A DNA stretch of 64,000 nt, taken from a virus. Lineage: Duplodnaviria > Heunggongvirae > Uroviricota > Caudoviricetes. The notes under the pieces are model-generated. The model was not told where the DNA came from. It did no database searches and saw only the letters and a list, made by a program, of their open reading frames with translations. The position numbers and the translations under genes are program-made. Shown in pieces: positions 41,340-51,687 of this stretch. Location: IMG/VR virus record IMGVR_UViG_3300029468_000001; one strand, 5' to 3'. Within the stretch, counting starts at the first letter, position 1. Each line of letters starts with the position of its first letter.

Positions 41340-42557
41340 GTGAATGTTATACATAATTATGCAAGATTAGATGGTGAAACTGACCAGGAATTAATTTACA
41401 GGATTTGCTCTGAAAAAGATAAGATAGGAACTTGGTCAGATGTGAAAAATATCTTAAATAGGATTCTACATAAAACATACGGCGAATCAACTTATCGAAA
41501 ATCATATCAGTCATTTAATAAAATGATGGAAGCAAATAGAAATAAATTTGTTAATTCTAATGAACAGTTAGAAGAGATTAATAAACAAATTGAAGAATTA
41601 AAGAGAGAACGTATTAAACTTCAAACTTCTAATATTGAAAGAAATCGTATTGATCGTAGTGTATCTCGACAAGAAATGTATTACGAGTATGTTGGTAATG
41701 CAATCACTTCTCTTCCGCTTCCAGAATTTAATCCATTTCCTATTGAAAATAAAGAAGGTGAAACGATTGAATATTTAGTAGCTCTTAGCGATATGCATTA
41801 CGGTGCTACGTTCAAAAGCGAAAATAATGAATATTCTCCCGATATAGCAAGAGATAGACTTGTGTATCTTACGGAAGAATTGGTTCAATTTACACAGAAA
41901 AATAAAATTGGGAAATTAAATATCGTATGTCTTGGTGACGTATTGCAGGGTCTTATTCACTTAACTGATTTGAAAATTAATGATAGTACAGTTGTAAAGT
42001 CATGTGTAGAAATTTGTAGATTAATTGCAATGATGTTGAATACACTTTCCGCATATACGCAAATTGAATATTATCATGTTCCATCAGCAAATCATACTCA
42101 AATTCGTGCATTGGGTGCCAAAGCAAATGAATTAATGGATGAAGATTTAGAGTATTTGATTGGAAATTATATTAAAGATTTATGCAAGAATAATAAACGT
42201 ATTAATGTACATCTTGCGGATGAAGAAAAACAATATATTGTTATTCCTATAAATGGATATGATGTTATTGCAATGCATGGACATCAGATTAAAAATATTG
42301 AAAATTCTATTAAAGATATTTCTATGATGAGAAGAGAATTTGTTGATTATCTTTTATTAGGACATTTTCATGCAGGAAAACAAATCGTTGCTCATGAAGG
42401 ATGTTGCAATGATTCAGAAATTTTGATTGCTAGTTCATTTATTGGTAGCGATCCATATTCTGATTCATTATTTAAAGGCAGTAAGGCTTCTGTAAATATA
42501 TATGGTTTTGATTATATTTACGGTCATACTGAAACATATAAAATTATTTTAAATTAA
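41340..42557 (+). CDS. calcineurin-like metallophosphoesterase
   Basis: SDMHYG, LGD, ANH, MHGH, GHFH motifs. Confidence 0.85.
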   Translation: MNVIHNYARLDGETDQELIYRICSEKDKIGTWSDVKNILNRILHKTYGESTYRKSYQSFNKMMEANRNKFVNSNEQLEEINKQIEELKRERIKLQTSNIERNRIDRSVSRQEMYYEYVGNAITSLPLPEFNPFPIENKEGETIEYLVALSDMHYGATFKSENNEYSPDIARDRLVYLTEELVQFTQKNKIGKLNIVCLGDVLQGLIHLTDLKINDSTVVKSCVEICRLIAMMLNTLSAYTQIEYYHVPSANHTQIRALGAKANELMDEDLEYLIGNYIKDLCKNNKRINVHLADEEKQYIVIPINGYDVIAMHGHQIKNIENSIKDISMMRREFVDYLLLGHFHAGKQIVAHEGCCNDSEILIASSFIGSDPYSDSLFKGSKASVNIYGFDYIYGHTETYKIILN

Positions 42558-42628
42558 TGCGGTGGAGAGTACATTTGCTACTCTCCTATTTTGATATAAA
42601 AATATATGAAAGATGAGGAAATTTTTAA

Positions 42629-42931
42629 ATGACAAAAGTAGATTTTATTAATCATATGTACGAAAATGCAGTTGAAATGAACGAAGATGAAGAGAAAAAA
42701 GTATTCAAAAAAGATTCTGATTTTTATTTAGAAGTTTTTACTAAGTCATTAGCTGAAATTCTTAAGGCAGGTGAGAAACTTTCTATCGTTGGATTTGGAA
42801 CATTTGAAGTTGTTGAAAGAGCAGCAAGAGAAGGTCGCAATCCACAAACTGGCGAATCACTTATGATCAAAGCATGTAAAATGCCAAAGTTTAAACCAGG
42901 TAAAGCATTCAAGGAACTTATTAATGCGTAA
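42629..42931 (+). CDS. hup: HU family DNA-binding protein
   Basis: GFGTFEV...RAAREGRNPQTGE...PKFKPGK. Confidence 0.92.
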   Translation: MTKVDFINHMYENAVEMNEDEEKKVFKKDSDFYLEVFTKSLAEILKAGEKLSIVGFGTFEVVERAAREGRNPQTGESLMIKACKMPKFKPGKAFKELINA

Positions 42932-43544
42932 TAAGAGGTTTGATTATATGAATAAAATTCCAACTATTTGTTTTGAAGATGTTTATGATTTTTGTGAAGC
43001 TATGGATTCTGAATTTAATAGACGATATTATGCATCTAAATCAGATGAATCTGTAGATATTTCAATTTTTGCAAAATATGATAATGCAAGAAAAATCATT
43101 AATCTTCTTACTGACTATGATTATGAGCTTGCTAATATAAATTTTCATGATCCTGAGATTGATGGATATGAAGATGAATTTATAATTACGTTATGCGCAA
43201 GAATCAGTAATCATGATACACCTGAAATCTGGGTTGAGCCTGCTAAACGAAAAGACGGTTATCTTCTGAATGAAGCAGATGCAACTTATATTCTTGATGA
43301 ATGTAGTAGCGCGCTTTTACCACAAGTAGAAACTGCTAAGACTTACTTTGTTGAGTTAAAAGAAGATATTGACGATGAATATGACGATTTCGCAGATGAC
43401 TTAGAGTTAGGCAATTGTTACGATTGCTGTTGTCATCATGATTGCGTAGATTGTGATATGGATGACGAAGAATATGTAAATGTGACTCTTCCTAAAGAAG
43501 ATATTGAAACTTTACATATGCTTTGTCGTATTTTCAAAGTGTAA
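42924..43544 (+). CDS. hypothetical acidic protein
   Basis: Long ORF with C-terminal Cys cluster. Confidence 0.65.
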   Translation: MRNKRFDYMNKIPTICFEDVYDFCEAMDSEFNRRYYASKSDESVDISIFAKYDNARKIINLLTDYDYELANINFHDPEIDGYEDEFIITLCARISNHDTPEIWVEPAKRKDGYLLNEADATYILDECSSALLPQVETAKTYFVELKEDIDDEYDDFADDLELGNCYDCCCHHDCVDCDMDDEEYVNVTLPKEDIETLHMLCRIFKV

Positions 43545-43818
43545 TCTGTTTTTCTATAATAGATATAGATCTCCTTTTAGTGTGCGTGGGTGTCATAGCT
43601 TACGCACTCTTTTTCTATACAAAGAAATGTTAATTTCATTAGAGAAAGAATATATAGGTGAGATGGATAATCTCATAAAGAGTAAATGTAGGATGGTTGA
43701 TTACTCTCTTATCTCTTACCTCTCAACTATAAATTAGGTTGGTTAGTTAAACCAGTGAAGAGAATTACAAGCGTATGCTTATCTCTACCTTCAATGTAAT
43801 TATTGGAGGAATTTTAAA

Positions 43819-44601
43819 ATGGATGAAATTATTCTAAGAAATGAAAACGGACAAATTTTAGCAAGTAGTCGTGATGTTGCTGAGAAATTTGGAAAGAGAC
43901 ACGATTCTGTATTAAGAGATATTGACAATTTACTTAAAATAGCAAAAGAAGATACAGAAGATGAAAAAGAATTCAAAGAATCTGACTCCACAAAATTGTG
44001 GAGTGAAATGTTTATTGAATCTACATATGTAAACAGTAGAGGAAAAGAATATAGATGTTATTTAATGAATCGTGATGGATTTTCACTTCTTGCAATGGGA
44101 TTTACTGGAAAAGATGCATTGGAATGGAAGTTAAAATACATCAATGCGTTTAATATGATGGAAGAAAAATCAAAAAGTGGAAATTATCTTTCAGATGAAG
44201 AGAAATGGAAATTACAGTTATTCAGCAAAGATGCATTGGAAGTGAAAATTGCACATGAGAAACTTTGCGAATTAGAGGTTGCTAAAGCTACCGCACCACT
44301 TATTCCTAAAGTTGAGTATCATGATAATGTTTTAAATAAAGATGGATTGATTACTACTACTGTAATTGCGAAAGATTTAGGTTTAAGAAGTGCTCAGAAA
44401 TTAAATGAAATCATGCATATGAATGAAATAATATATAAAAAAGATGGATCGTGGTGTCCACGAGCAGAATATTATTGGCTTATCAAAGAAGAATATGCAG
44501 ACTATCAAAGTTATGAAAATGAACACTCTAAGCCTTGCTTAAAATGGACTGAAAAAGGTCGTAAATGGATTATTGAACATTTTGACGAGTGGGTTAAATA
44601 A
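43819..44601 (+). CDS. Rha-family regulator with KilAC-like C-terminus
   Basis: SSRDVAEKFGKRHDSVLRDI...NRDGFSLLAMGFTG; WTEKGR. Confidence 0.88.
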   Translation: MDEIILRNENGQILASSRDVAEKFGKRHDSVLRDIDNLLKIAKEDTEDEKEFKESDSTKLWSEMFIESTYVNSRGKEYRCYLMNRDGFSLLAMGFTGKDALEWKLKYINAFNMMEEKSKSGNYLSDEEKWKLQLFSKDALEVKIAHEKLCELEVAKATAPLIPKVEYHDNVLNKDGLITTTVIAKDLGLRSAQKLNEIMHMNEIIYKKDGSWCPRAEYYWLIKEEYADYQSYENEHSKPCLKWTEKGRKWIIEHFDEWVK

Positions 44602-44798
44602 TACATAAATTCTCTCAATGTCGGTGTCATAGCTGACGTTGGGATTTTGAAAACAGTGGAAACATCGGGAGTAGCTACCTGGTGTGAGGAAAATACCTGT
44701 ACGCCTCTTCCACTGTTTTCTATTAAGGCTCATGTCGTGAGACAGCATTAAGTCCTTTTATTGTATCAAGAAAATACTTTAGAAGGAGGAATTTAAAA

Positions 44799-46451
44799 AT
44801 GGCAATTGTAAATGAATACACAGAAGTTAGATTAGATAATTCTACAACTTCTTATTATGAATCTTTAGGTTACAAAATACCACGAAGCAAAGATAAAGAT
44901 GGAAGATTACGAGTTCCTAGAGGAACAACAATTAAGATTAAAATTTCTGATTTGCTTCCTTCATCAAATCAATATATAGATGTAGAATGTGATTGTTGCC
45001 ATAAAAAGAGAAAACTACAATATCATAAATATAATCAAAATATACAACGTAATCATGGATTGTATATATGTGATCATGATACAAAACATAAAGATTTTAA
45101 AAATGGTATATCTTTTGAATCAGTAATTAATTCTATTAAATCTTTTTATTCTAATAATGATAGATTCCCTAAATATAACGAATACACAACTGAAAATGGA
45201 TTTAATTGTTCTTATAGTAAAATAATAAGTCTTTGTAAACAAAATGATACGACTTTGCAAGATGAATTATCCAAAATTGATTGTACAAAATCTATCGCAA
45301 ATGAAAAATATTATGAGCAATATATTGAAAAATTCAAAAAATATATAATTAATCACGATAGTATAGATTTATATTCATTATCAAGAACACAAGAATATAA
45401 AAATACAGGATTACCAAATATTCGTTGGTTCATTAATCACTGCCCTGATAAAACTGTCAAAAGTAATGATGACTTGAAAAGATGGATGGGATTATATACT
45501 CGAGTTATGACAAAAGAAGAATGTAAGGATATTATTTTAAATATGTCAAAATGTTATGACAGACCACTTATGTATGATGACTTTAGAGGTAGTGGATATG
45601 GAAAAGTAACTATAGGGCAAATTAATAAATATTGGGGTAGTTTAAATAAAATGAAGAAAGATCTAGGATTAGAAATTAACATTGAATCTATGATTGATCG
45701 ACAAGTATCTTCAAAAGAAGAATTAGACAATATGATTTTAGATATATGTAATTTTGTAAAATCTGAAAATCGAAATTTTATTACCACTAGAGAAATAAAT
45801 GAACATCCCGAATGGGTAAATATTACTTCATTACATAAATCATGCAAGAAATTCTATGGAGTCAAGTTACAAGATTTATTATTAAGATATGATATTACTC
45901 TTGGAAAACAAGGTGTTGGTATTACATTTAATTTTGATGATGGAGAACATATAACAAGTCAGTTTGAGTATATGTTTTCTAAATATTTACGAGACAATGG
46001 TTTTGTATATAATAAAGATTATAAAAGAGATGTTAAATATTCAACATTTATTTCAGAATATACTGGCAATATGAATTGTGACTATGTTATAGAAATCAAT
46101 AATAAAATCATTTATATTGAAATTGCAGGAATATTAGCAGAATATAAAACATGGTTTTATGACAATAAACAAATAAATAAAAACTCAAAAGAAAATTATC
46201 GTTTAAAATTACAAACAAAAGAAGAAATGTTAAAATCGCATAATCTAATTTATTTTATACTCTTTCCATGTGATTTAACAAAAAGTAATTTTGAACAAAT
46301 ATTAAATAATAGTTCTCTTGAGTTAAAGAAAGAAATTGAAAAATTTAATCAAAACAATATAGATTGGGTTAAAATCAGAGAAGTTGGTGAATTAGATTAT
46401 TCAAAGTCATTTCTCAGAGATACAAGACCTAAAAAGAAAGAAGTTGCTTAA
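44799..46451 (+). CDS. putative homing-endonuclease-like protein (C-terminal PD-(D/E)xK-like)
   Basis: YYESLGY...VECDCC N-terminus; SQFE...CDY..IYIEIAG. Confidence 0.5.
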   Translation: MAIVNEYTEVRLDNSTTSYYESLGYKIPRSKDKDGRLRVPRGTTIKIKISDLLPSSNQYIDVECDCCHKKRKLQYHKYNQNIQRNHGLYICDHDTKHKDFKNGISFESVINSIKSFYSNNDRFPKYNEYTTENGFNCSYSKIISLCKQNDTTLQDELSKIDCTKSIANEKYYEQYIEKFKKYIINHDSIDLYSLSRTQEYKNTGLPNIRWFINHCPDKTVKSNDDLKRWMGLYTRVMTKEECKDIILNMSKCYDRPLMYDDFRGSGYGKVTIGQINKYWGSLNKMKKDLGLEINIESMIDRQVSSKEELDNMILDICNFVKSENRNFITTREINEHPEWVNITSLHKSCKKFYGVKLQDLLLRYDITLGKQGVGITFNFDDGEHITSQFEYMFSKYLRDNGFVYNKDYKRDVKYSTFISEYTGNMNCDYVIEINNKIIYIEIAGILAEYKTWFYDNKQINKNSKENYRLKLQTKEEMLKSHNLIYFILFPCDLTKSNFEQILNNSSLELKKEIEKFNQNNIDWVKIREVGELDYSKSFLRDTRPKKKEVA

Positions 46452-46497
46452 TAAATAGTGACTTCTTTTATTATATAAAAAATTAGAAAGGAAGTGA

Positions 46498-47514
46498 TTG
46501 AGATTGTCTAAAAGAGGACGAATTTATAATAGTTTTTATACAGATGAATTATGGGAGCAAGTAAATAAATCTAATAAACGGATTCTTGATGACTTCCTTG
46601 CAGAATATAAACAAAGAAAAATGAGTAAGGGGACAATTGCAGGTTATCATAATGATTTACGCATTATCATGATCTATATACTGAAAGAATTGGACAACCG
46701 ATGTATTTTAGAGTTAAAGAAAAAGGATTTTCGTGGTCTAAGTTTATATTTTACAGAAGAATGTAATATGTCCGCGGCTAGGACTAATAGATTAAAAAGT
46801 TCAGTAAACAGTATGTTGACATTTTGTGAAGAAGATGATGATTACGATTATGAAATTAATTTTGCAAAGAAAGTAAGAGGTATTCCAAAAACAAGAGTTA
46901 AGGATGACGATGATGACTTTTTCTTTACTTATGATGAATTTATTAAAGTACGTAATATTTTAGTTGAAAAAGAAAAATGGCAATTAGCAGTTCTTTGGAG
47001 TTTAGGATTTGATTCTGCTGGACGAAAAAATGAATTATTCCAGGTTCAAAAATATGGGTTACTTGAAGGAAATAAGACAAATATAGTAATAGGCAAAAGA
47101 GGTAAAAAGTTCCCATTAGTATATTTAGATGATACAAAGGAACTTATTGGTAAATATTTAGAATGGCGTGGTGATGATGATATTGATTCATTATGGATAA
47201 AGGGTACTGGTGAGAACAAGGAAGCTATAACTGATCCAGATGTTTTATATAATCGTATAGTTTCAATATCAAAAATTCTGTCTGATGTTAGAGGCGAAGA
47301 ATGCAATATCTTTACCCACACAATGCGTCATAGTAGAGTTGAATGTCTATTACAAGGGGAAGATGATAGACTCAAAAATCCAGATGGCACAAATAGAAAG
47401 TACACTCTTGATGAAGTAAAGGTATTATGTCATCATAGCGATATTTCTACCACGTCTTCTTATGCGAAAAATCATGACATGGATACAATTAACGATATGT
47501 TTGGATTTTCATAA
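46498..47514 (+). CDS. XerD-like tyrosine recombinase
   Basis: GRKNE (R), HTMRH, CHHSD, SSYAK (Y). Confidence 0.85.
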   Translation: MRLSKRGRIYNSFYTDELWEQVNKSNKRILDDFLAEYKQRKMSKGTIAGYHNDLRIIMIYILKELDNRCILELKKKDFRGLSLYFTEECNMSAARTNRLKSSVNSMLTFCEEDDDYDYEINFAKKVRGIPKTRVKDDDDDFFFTYDEFIKVRNILVEKEKWQLAVLWSLGFDSAGRKNELFQVQKYGLLEGNKTNIVIGKRGKKFPLVYLDDTKELIGKYLEWRGDDDIDSLWIKGTGENKEAITDPDVLYNRIVSISKILSDVRGEECNIFTHTMRHSRVECLLQGEDDRLKNPDGTNRKYTLDEVKVLCHHSDISTTSSYAKNHDMDTINDMFGFS

Positions 47515-47781
47515 TCCCCAAAGCCCGTAGTGTAGACCAAACACACCAATATGGAAACAAGCGCACGACATCGGACTGTCAAAACCGCTTCGGGCAAATA
47601 CCTATCTTTCTATATATTTTTCTTGCTTCATATTTACTCTTCAAAGAGACATAATTTTTCATATGATCTCTTCTCCTGAAAAGGGCAGCTTACTACTGCC
47701 CTATCTAAAAGTAAACTTGTCCTTTACAATATTTTCCAATTGTGATAATGTAAAAATATCAAAAAATTGGAGGTGTTATAT

Positions 47782-48759
47782 ATGGAGTTCAACAGAAAGA
47801 CACAAACTGTCAAGTCATTTGCAAGAGATATGAAAAATGAAAAATACAATATGTTCCACAAACTGCAACGTAAAGAAGGTCAATGGAAGAATTATGAGCA
47901 AAGCTTATTAATCGACTCAATGCTTCGCAACTATCCTGTTGATCCTATTCGTTCAGAAGAAAAAGAAGATAAAATCAGATATGTATTTGATGGGGTTCAG
48001 CGTAGCACAACAATCAGAGATTTCTTAGCTGATGGTTTCAAATTAAATCAAAAGCTGAAACCAGTGGCAATTGAAGGCACTGTATATAACATTGCAGGTA
48101 AGAAGTTCTCACAGTTGGATGAAGTTGTCCAGGATAAAATTAACGACTATGAAATGATACAGTATATCTTTTCTGATTGTACAGATGAAGATATTCGTGA
48201 AATGTTCCGTAGACAGAATGGTGGTAAACCATTATCAAATACTCAGAAGAGAAAATCATTAGAGAGTGATAAAGTTAGCGCAATTATTTTTGACATTGCA
48301 AATCATCCATTCTTTGTAAAAGTGTTATCTCCAACACAGTTAAAGAAAGATGTTGCGAATGATATTGTGCGACAGACACTTATGCTGATTAATACTACAG
48401 ATGATAATGATTTTACATCATTTAGAGCAAAAGATATTGATGCATTTGTAGAATGGTACAATGAGCATGTTGATGAAAAAGATATTATTATATTGAAATC
48501 TGCTCTGTCATTCTTAGATGAAAAATTTGCAGAGAAACTTAATCTCAAGTCAACTTCTCTTCCGATGATGTTATATGCTGCATATACATGTGTGAAGAAC
48601 GAAAAGGACTTTGATGAATTTATAAATATTGTGCAGGCATTTGTAAACAGCTATGGTGATAATATGGATTATATTCAGTATTGCACCAGTGGTACATCTT
48701 CTGCTCAGTCTGTCCAAGGAAGATTTAACTATTGGAAGAATCTTTGCAAGGGATTATAA
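47782..48759 (+). CDS. DUF262 domain protein
   Basis: LQRKEGQW, LIDSML, FDGVQR, FRRQNGG. Confidence 0.8.
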   Translation: MEFNRKTQTVKSFARDMKNEKYNMFHKLQRKEGQWKNYEQSLLIDSMLRNYPVDPIRSEEKEDKIRYVFDGVQRSTTIRDFLADGFKLNQKLKPVAIEGTVYNIAGKKFSQLDEVVQDKINDYEMIQYIFSDCTDEDIREMFRRQNGGKPLSNTQKRKSLESDKVSAIIFDIANHPFFVKVLSPTQLKKDVANDIVRQTLMLINTTDDNDFTSFRAKDIDAFVEWYNEHVDEKDIIILKSALSFLDEKFAEKLNLKSTSLPMMLYAAYTCVKNEKDFDEFINIVQAFVNSYGDNMDYIQYCTSGTSSAQSVQGRFNYWKNLCKGL

Positions 48760-48788
48760 TATATAGAAACTCAATATTGAATTTTATG

Positions 48789-48818
48789 AGAAGTCGCCTT
48801 ATTGGTGGCTTCTTTTTT
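48789..48818 (+). terminator. intrinsic terminator
   Basis: GAAGTCGCC-loop-GGTGGCTTC followed by T-tract. Confidence 0.7.
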
Positions 48819-49090
48819 GTATATAAAATGGAGATACGAAAATGTATAATAAATATATTAATCAAACATAATGATAGTAAAACACTGTGGCAATTATATG
48901 GTACTACCACTTCTGCTGCATCAAATACGGAAACATTTACACCATTCGAGACAGATGATTTAGAAAAATTAAAAGCAGAAGTTATTCGATTGGATGCAAC
49001 GTATGGTCATGAAAACATTAAAGTTGTAAAAACTATTGAATATACAGTGGATGTAACTATTTCAGAAGATAAATAAGGAGGTCTCAAACA

Positions 49091-49339
49091 GTGGCAGCTA
49101 ATTTATTAAAAGTTGGCAATGATCCAAATTCAGCAATTAAAACATTTTGCGTAGATACTATTGAAGAAATTGCAAAACTTCCTACCATGGAACATGGTGC
49201 GACAGGCGATTTTGCAAGTATTCCTGGTATGGACGCTCCTGCTCCAATGGGAAGTCAAGCTATCGTAGGAAATGAATCAGGTACAGTGAAAATCTATATG
49301 CTGTTTTCATTTGGTTGGAAAGATACAGGCACAGAATAA
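49091..49339 (+). CDS. hypothetical protein
   Basis: AAGGAGG RBS. Confidence 0.65.
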   Translation: MAANLLKVGNDPNSAIKTFCVDTIEEIAKLPTMEHGATGDFASIPGMDAPAPMGSQAIVGNESGTVKIYMLFSFGWKDTGTE

Positions 49340-49590
49340 TGGACGTATTATCTTACATTATTGCCAGTAGACTTCTCTCTTGCTCTGGTGGAAATGGGGC
49401 AAATATTAAACTAGATGAAAATGGAAATATTATTACAGATGAAGATGTGGCATTATATGTTGATTTTCCTACTGCAAGTTTAATGACTGACGGAGATATA
49501 TTTTCAGTCACAGATAGTTATTTAATCGCTAAAATTATTAGTAATGTTGCTGAGTCAAATAAGAAAGCATGGATTTATTCTATGTTATAA
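49339..49590 (+). CDS. hypothetical protein
   Basis: ATG overlaps the preceding stop (MDVLSYIIAS...). Confidence 0.55.
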   Translation: MDVLSYIIASRLLSCSGGNGANIKLDENGNIITDEDVALYVDFPTASLMTDGDIFSVTDSYLIAKIISNVAESNKKAWIYSML

Positions 49591-49923
49591 GAGTCATTCA
49601 CGATAATGTGGGTGGCTCTTTTATTGTTGTCTTATACAGGGTGATTATCGTACCCTAGATGCACTGTTATTGTTTCTTATATTTTTTTAAATTTACTTTC
49701 TATCTGAAAACAGAACGACTATTGTATTGCCCTCATATTATATAGTCATTCTGTATAAGACAATAAGGCATTTCCAGATTGTGAAATGATTGTAATAAAA
49801 AATAAAAGGAGCTTCCTGTATAATAAAAATCGTGGATGTTGAAAATTGAAAATACCTCAGAGTACAATAAGACTACTGACTGGCAGGTTAGTAAAAATCT
49901 TATTGAACAGAGAGGTATCTACA

Positions 49924-51216
49924 ATGAAGTCTAACACACAGAACGCAAAAATTGAAGCTATTACAGAAAAAACTTTGGTACTCGGGATTGATGTCGGAAG
50001 TGAGACGCACTACGCCAGAGCTTTTGATTACAGAGGAATCGAGTATTCAAAGAAACCTTTTAAATTTAGTAACACAGAGGCTGGATTTGTGACATTTAAG
50101 GAATGGATCCTGGACCTCAAAGAAAGACATGAGAAGGATAAGGTGGTTCCAGGTATGGAACCGACCGGGCATTACTGGTTCAATCTTGGAAAGTTTCTAC
50201 AGGATAATGAAATGAAACCGGTTCTTGTAAATCCTCACCATGTGAAAAAATCAAAAGAACTCGACGACAATAATCCAACTAAAAATGACCGTAAGGATCC
50301 GAAAGTTATAGCAGGATTAGTTAGAGAGGGACGTTACATGATCCCATACCTGCCGGATGGTGTTTACGCTGATCTTAGAACAGCATCAAACATAAGATTC
50401 CAGTTACAGGTGGAACTTACAAGAATTCAAAACAGGATTAGTCGTTGGTTCAATATATATTTTCCTGAATATAAGACGGTATACGGAAAGCCGGATGCCA
50501 AGAGCGGAATGCTAATCCTTAAAGCAGCACCACTCCCTGAAGATATCCTGACGTTAGGTATCGATGGAGTGAACCAAATCTGGCGTGATGCGAAGTTAAG
50601 AGCAGTTGGAAAAGCAAGGGCGAAGACCCTGATAGAAGCTGCAGAGCACAGTGTCGGAAGCAAAGAAGGAGCAGTATCTGCAAGAATGGAAATCCGAATG
50701 CTTCTGGAGGATTATGAATCCAGAAACATACGTCTTCAGGAAGTTATGACTCTGATTGAAGGGTTGGTAAAACAGATTCCGATGGCTGAGAAGCTGTTGG
50801 AAATCAAAGGTGTGGGAATCAAGACAGTGTCAGGATTCCTTGCAGAAGTAGGTGATATCAGCCGTTTTAACACGCCGAAAGAACTGCAGAAGCTTGCAGG
50901 GTTGGCATTGGTTGAAAGTAGTTCGGGAAAGCACAAGGGCGAGACAACAATAAGCAGACGAGGTCGAAAGAGACTCAGATACCTGCTCTTTGAGGTTGCA
51001 ATGTCGCTTGTGGCGAAGAACCCGGAGTTCAGAGAGCTCCATAATTATTACACAACCAGAAGGCTGAATCCGTTGAAGAAAATGCAGTCACTTATGGCGA
51101 TTGCAGCCAAGCTGATACGAGTCTTTTATGCCATGCTGACAAAAGGTGTGGATTATGATCCGAAAAAGATGGTCAGTGATATCAAGAGACCGGTAGTTTA
51201 TCTACAGGCTGTGTAA
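49924..51216 (+). CDS. IS110 DEDD recombinase/transposase
   Basis: GIDVG, EPTGHYW, KNDRKD and C-terminal SSGK motifs. Confidence 0.92.
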   Translation: MKSNTQNAKIEAITEKTLVLGIDVGSETHYARAFDYRGIEYSKKPFKFSNTEAGFVTFKEWILDLKERHEKDKVVPGMEPTGHYWFNLGKFLQDNEMKPVLVNPHHVKKSKELDDNNPTKNDRKDPKVIAGLVREGRYMIPYLPDGVYADLRTASNIRFQLQVELTRIQNRISRWFNIYFPEYKTVYGKPDAKSGMLILKAAPLPEDILTLGIDGVNQIWRDAKLRAVGKARAKTLIEAAEHSVGSKEGAVSARMEIRMLLEDYESRNIRLQEVMTLIEGLVKQIPMAEKLLEIKGVGIKTVSGFLAEVGDISRFNTPKELQKLAGLALVESSSGKHKGETTISRRGRKRLRYLLFEVAMSLVAKNPEFRELHNYYTTRRLNPLKKMQSLMAIAAKLIRVFYAMLTKGVDYDPKKMVSDIKRPVVYLQAV

Positions 51217-51344
51217 GAAAGACAAGTAACTATAATGGAGGCTGTCATGTGGACAGCCACTGGATCAAGCAGAATGTAACAGATAACGTCCACTGATCAC
51301 AGTGCTGGAACAGGAAGCGAGTCAGTAATCAATAATACAAAGAA

Positions 51345-51500
51345 TGAGCCAGTAGTCGGCAGAAATAGTCACCATGGGGCATATGACCCCGTTAAGGAGC
51401 ATAGCTGACACCCTGGTTATGGGCAGGCAGGACGAAGGAAGTTAGGACCTCTGGAGACAGAGATGATCCTGGTGGATATAGGAGGTTAGCTGCCATAGAG
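51345..51500 (+). ncRNA. predicted IS110 bridge RNA in the right end
   Basis: Two stem-closed internal loops whose strands match target (TCACC, TAAGGAG) and donor (AGGAAG, ATAGGAG); ends approximate. Confidence 0.75.
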
Positions 51501-51687
51501 GGATGGGGATACACAAGGCCAGTAAAGCGGAAATCAATGACGTTTTATTTCGTATACCCTCTAACCACTATTTCAGTACCTGATACATAGAAATGCTCAT
51601 AGCTGTGGCTTATTCACTGAGATATGAAAGGTTGAAAAACCTTGAATTTTCAATAAAAAACATTTGATTATATGAGGAGGTGGCGTT

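Larger units (their letters stand above)
49812..51679 (+). mobile_element. IS110-family element inserted in a Shine-Dalgarno sequence
   Basis: AGGAG at both junctions (49807-49811, 51675-51679); higher GC; circle junction gives TTGATT-17-TATAAT. Confidence 0.88.

Noticed and set aside
49846..49923. N-terminal extension of the IS110 transposase
   Set aside because: The RBS (GAGAGG) supports ATG at 49924; the upstream part is a hairpin in the left end.
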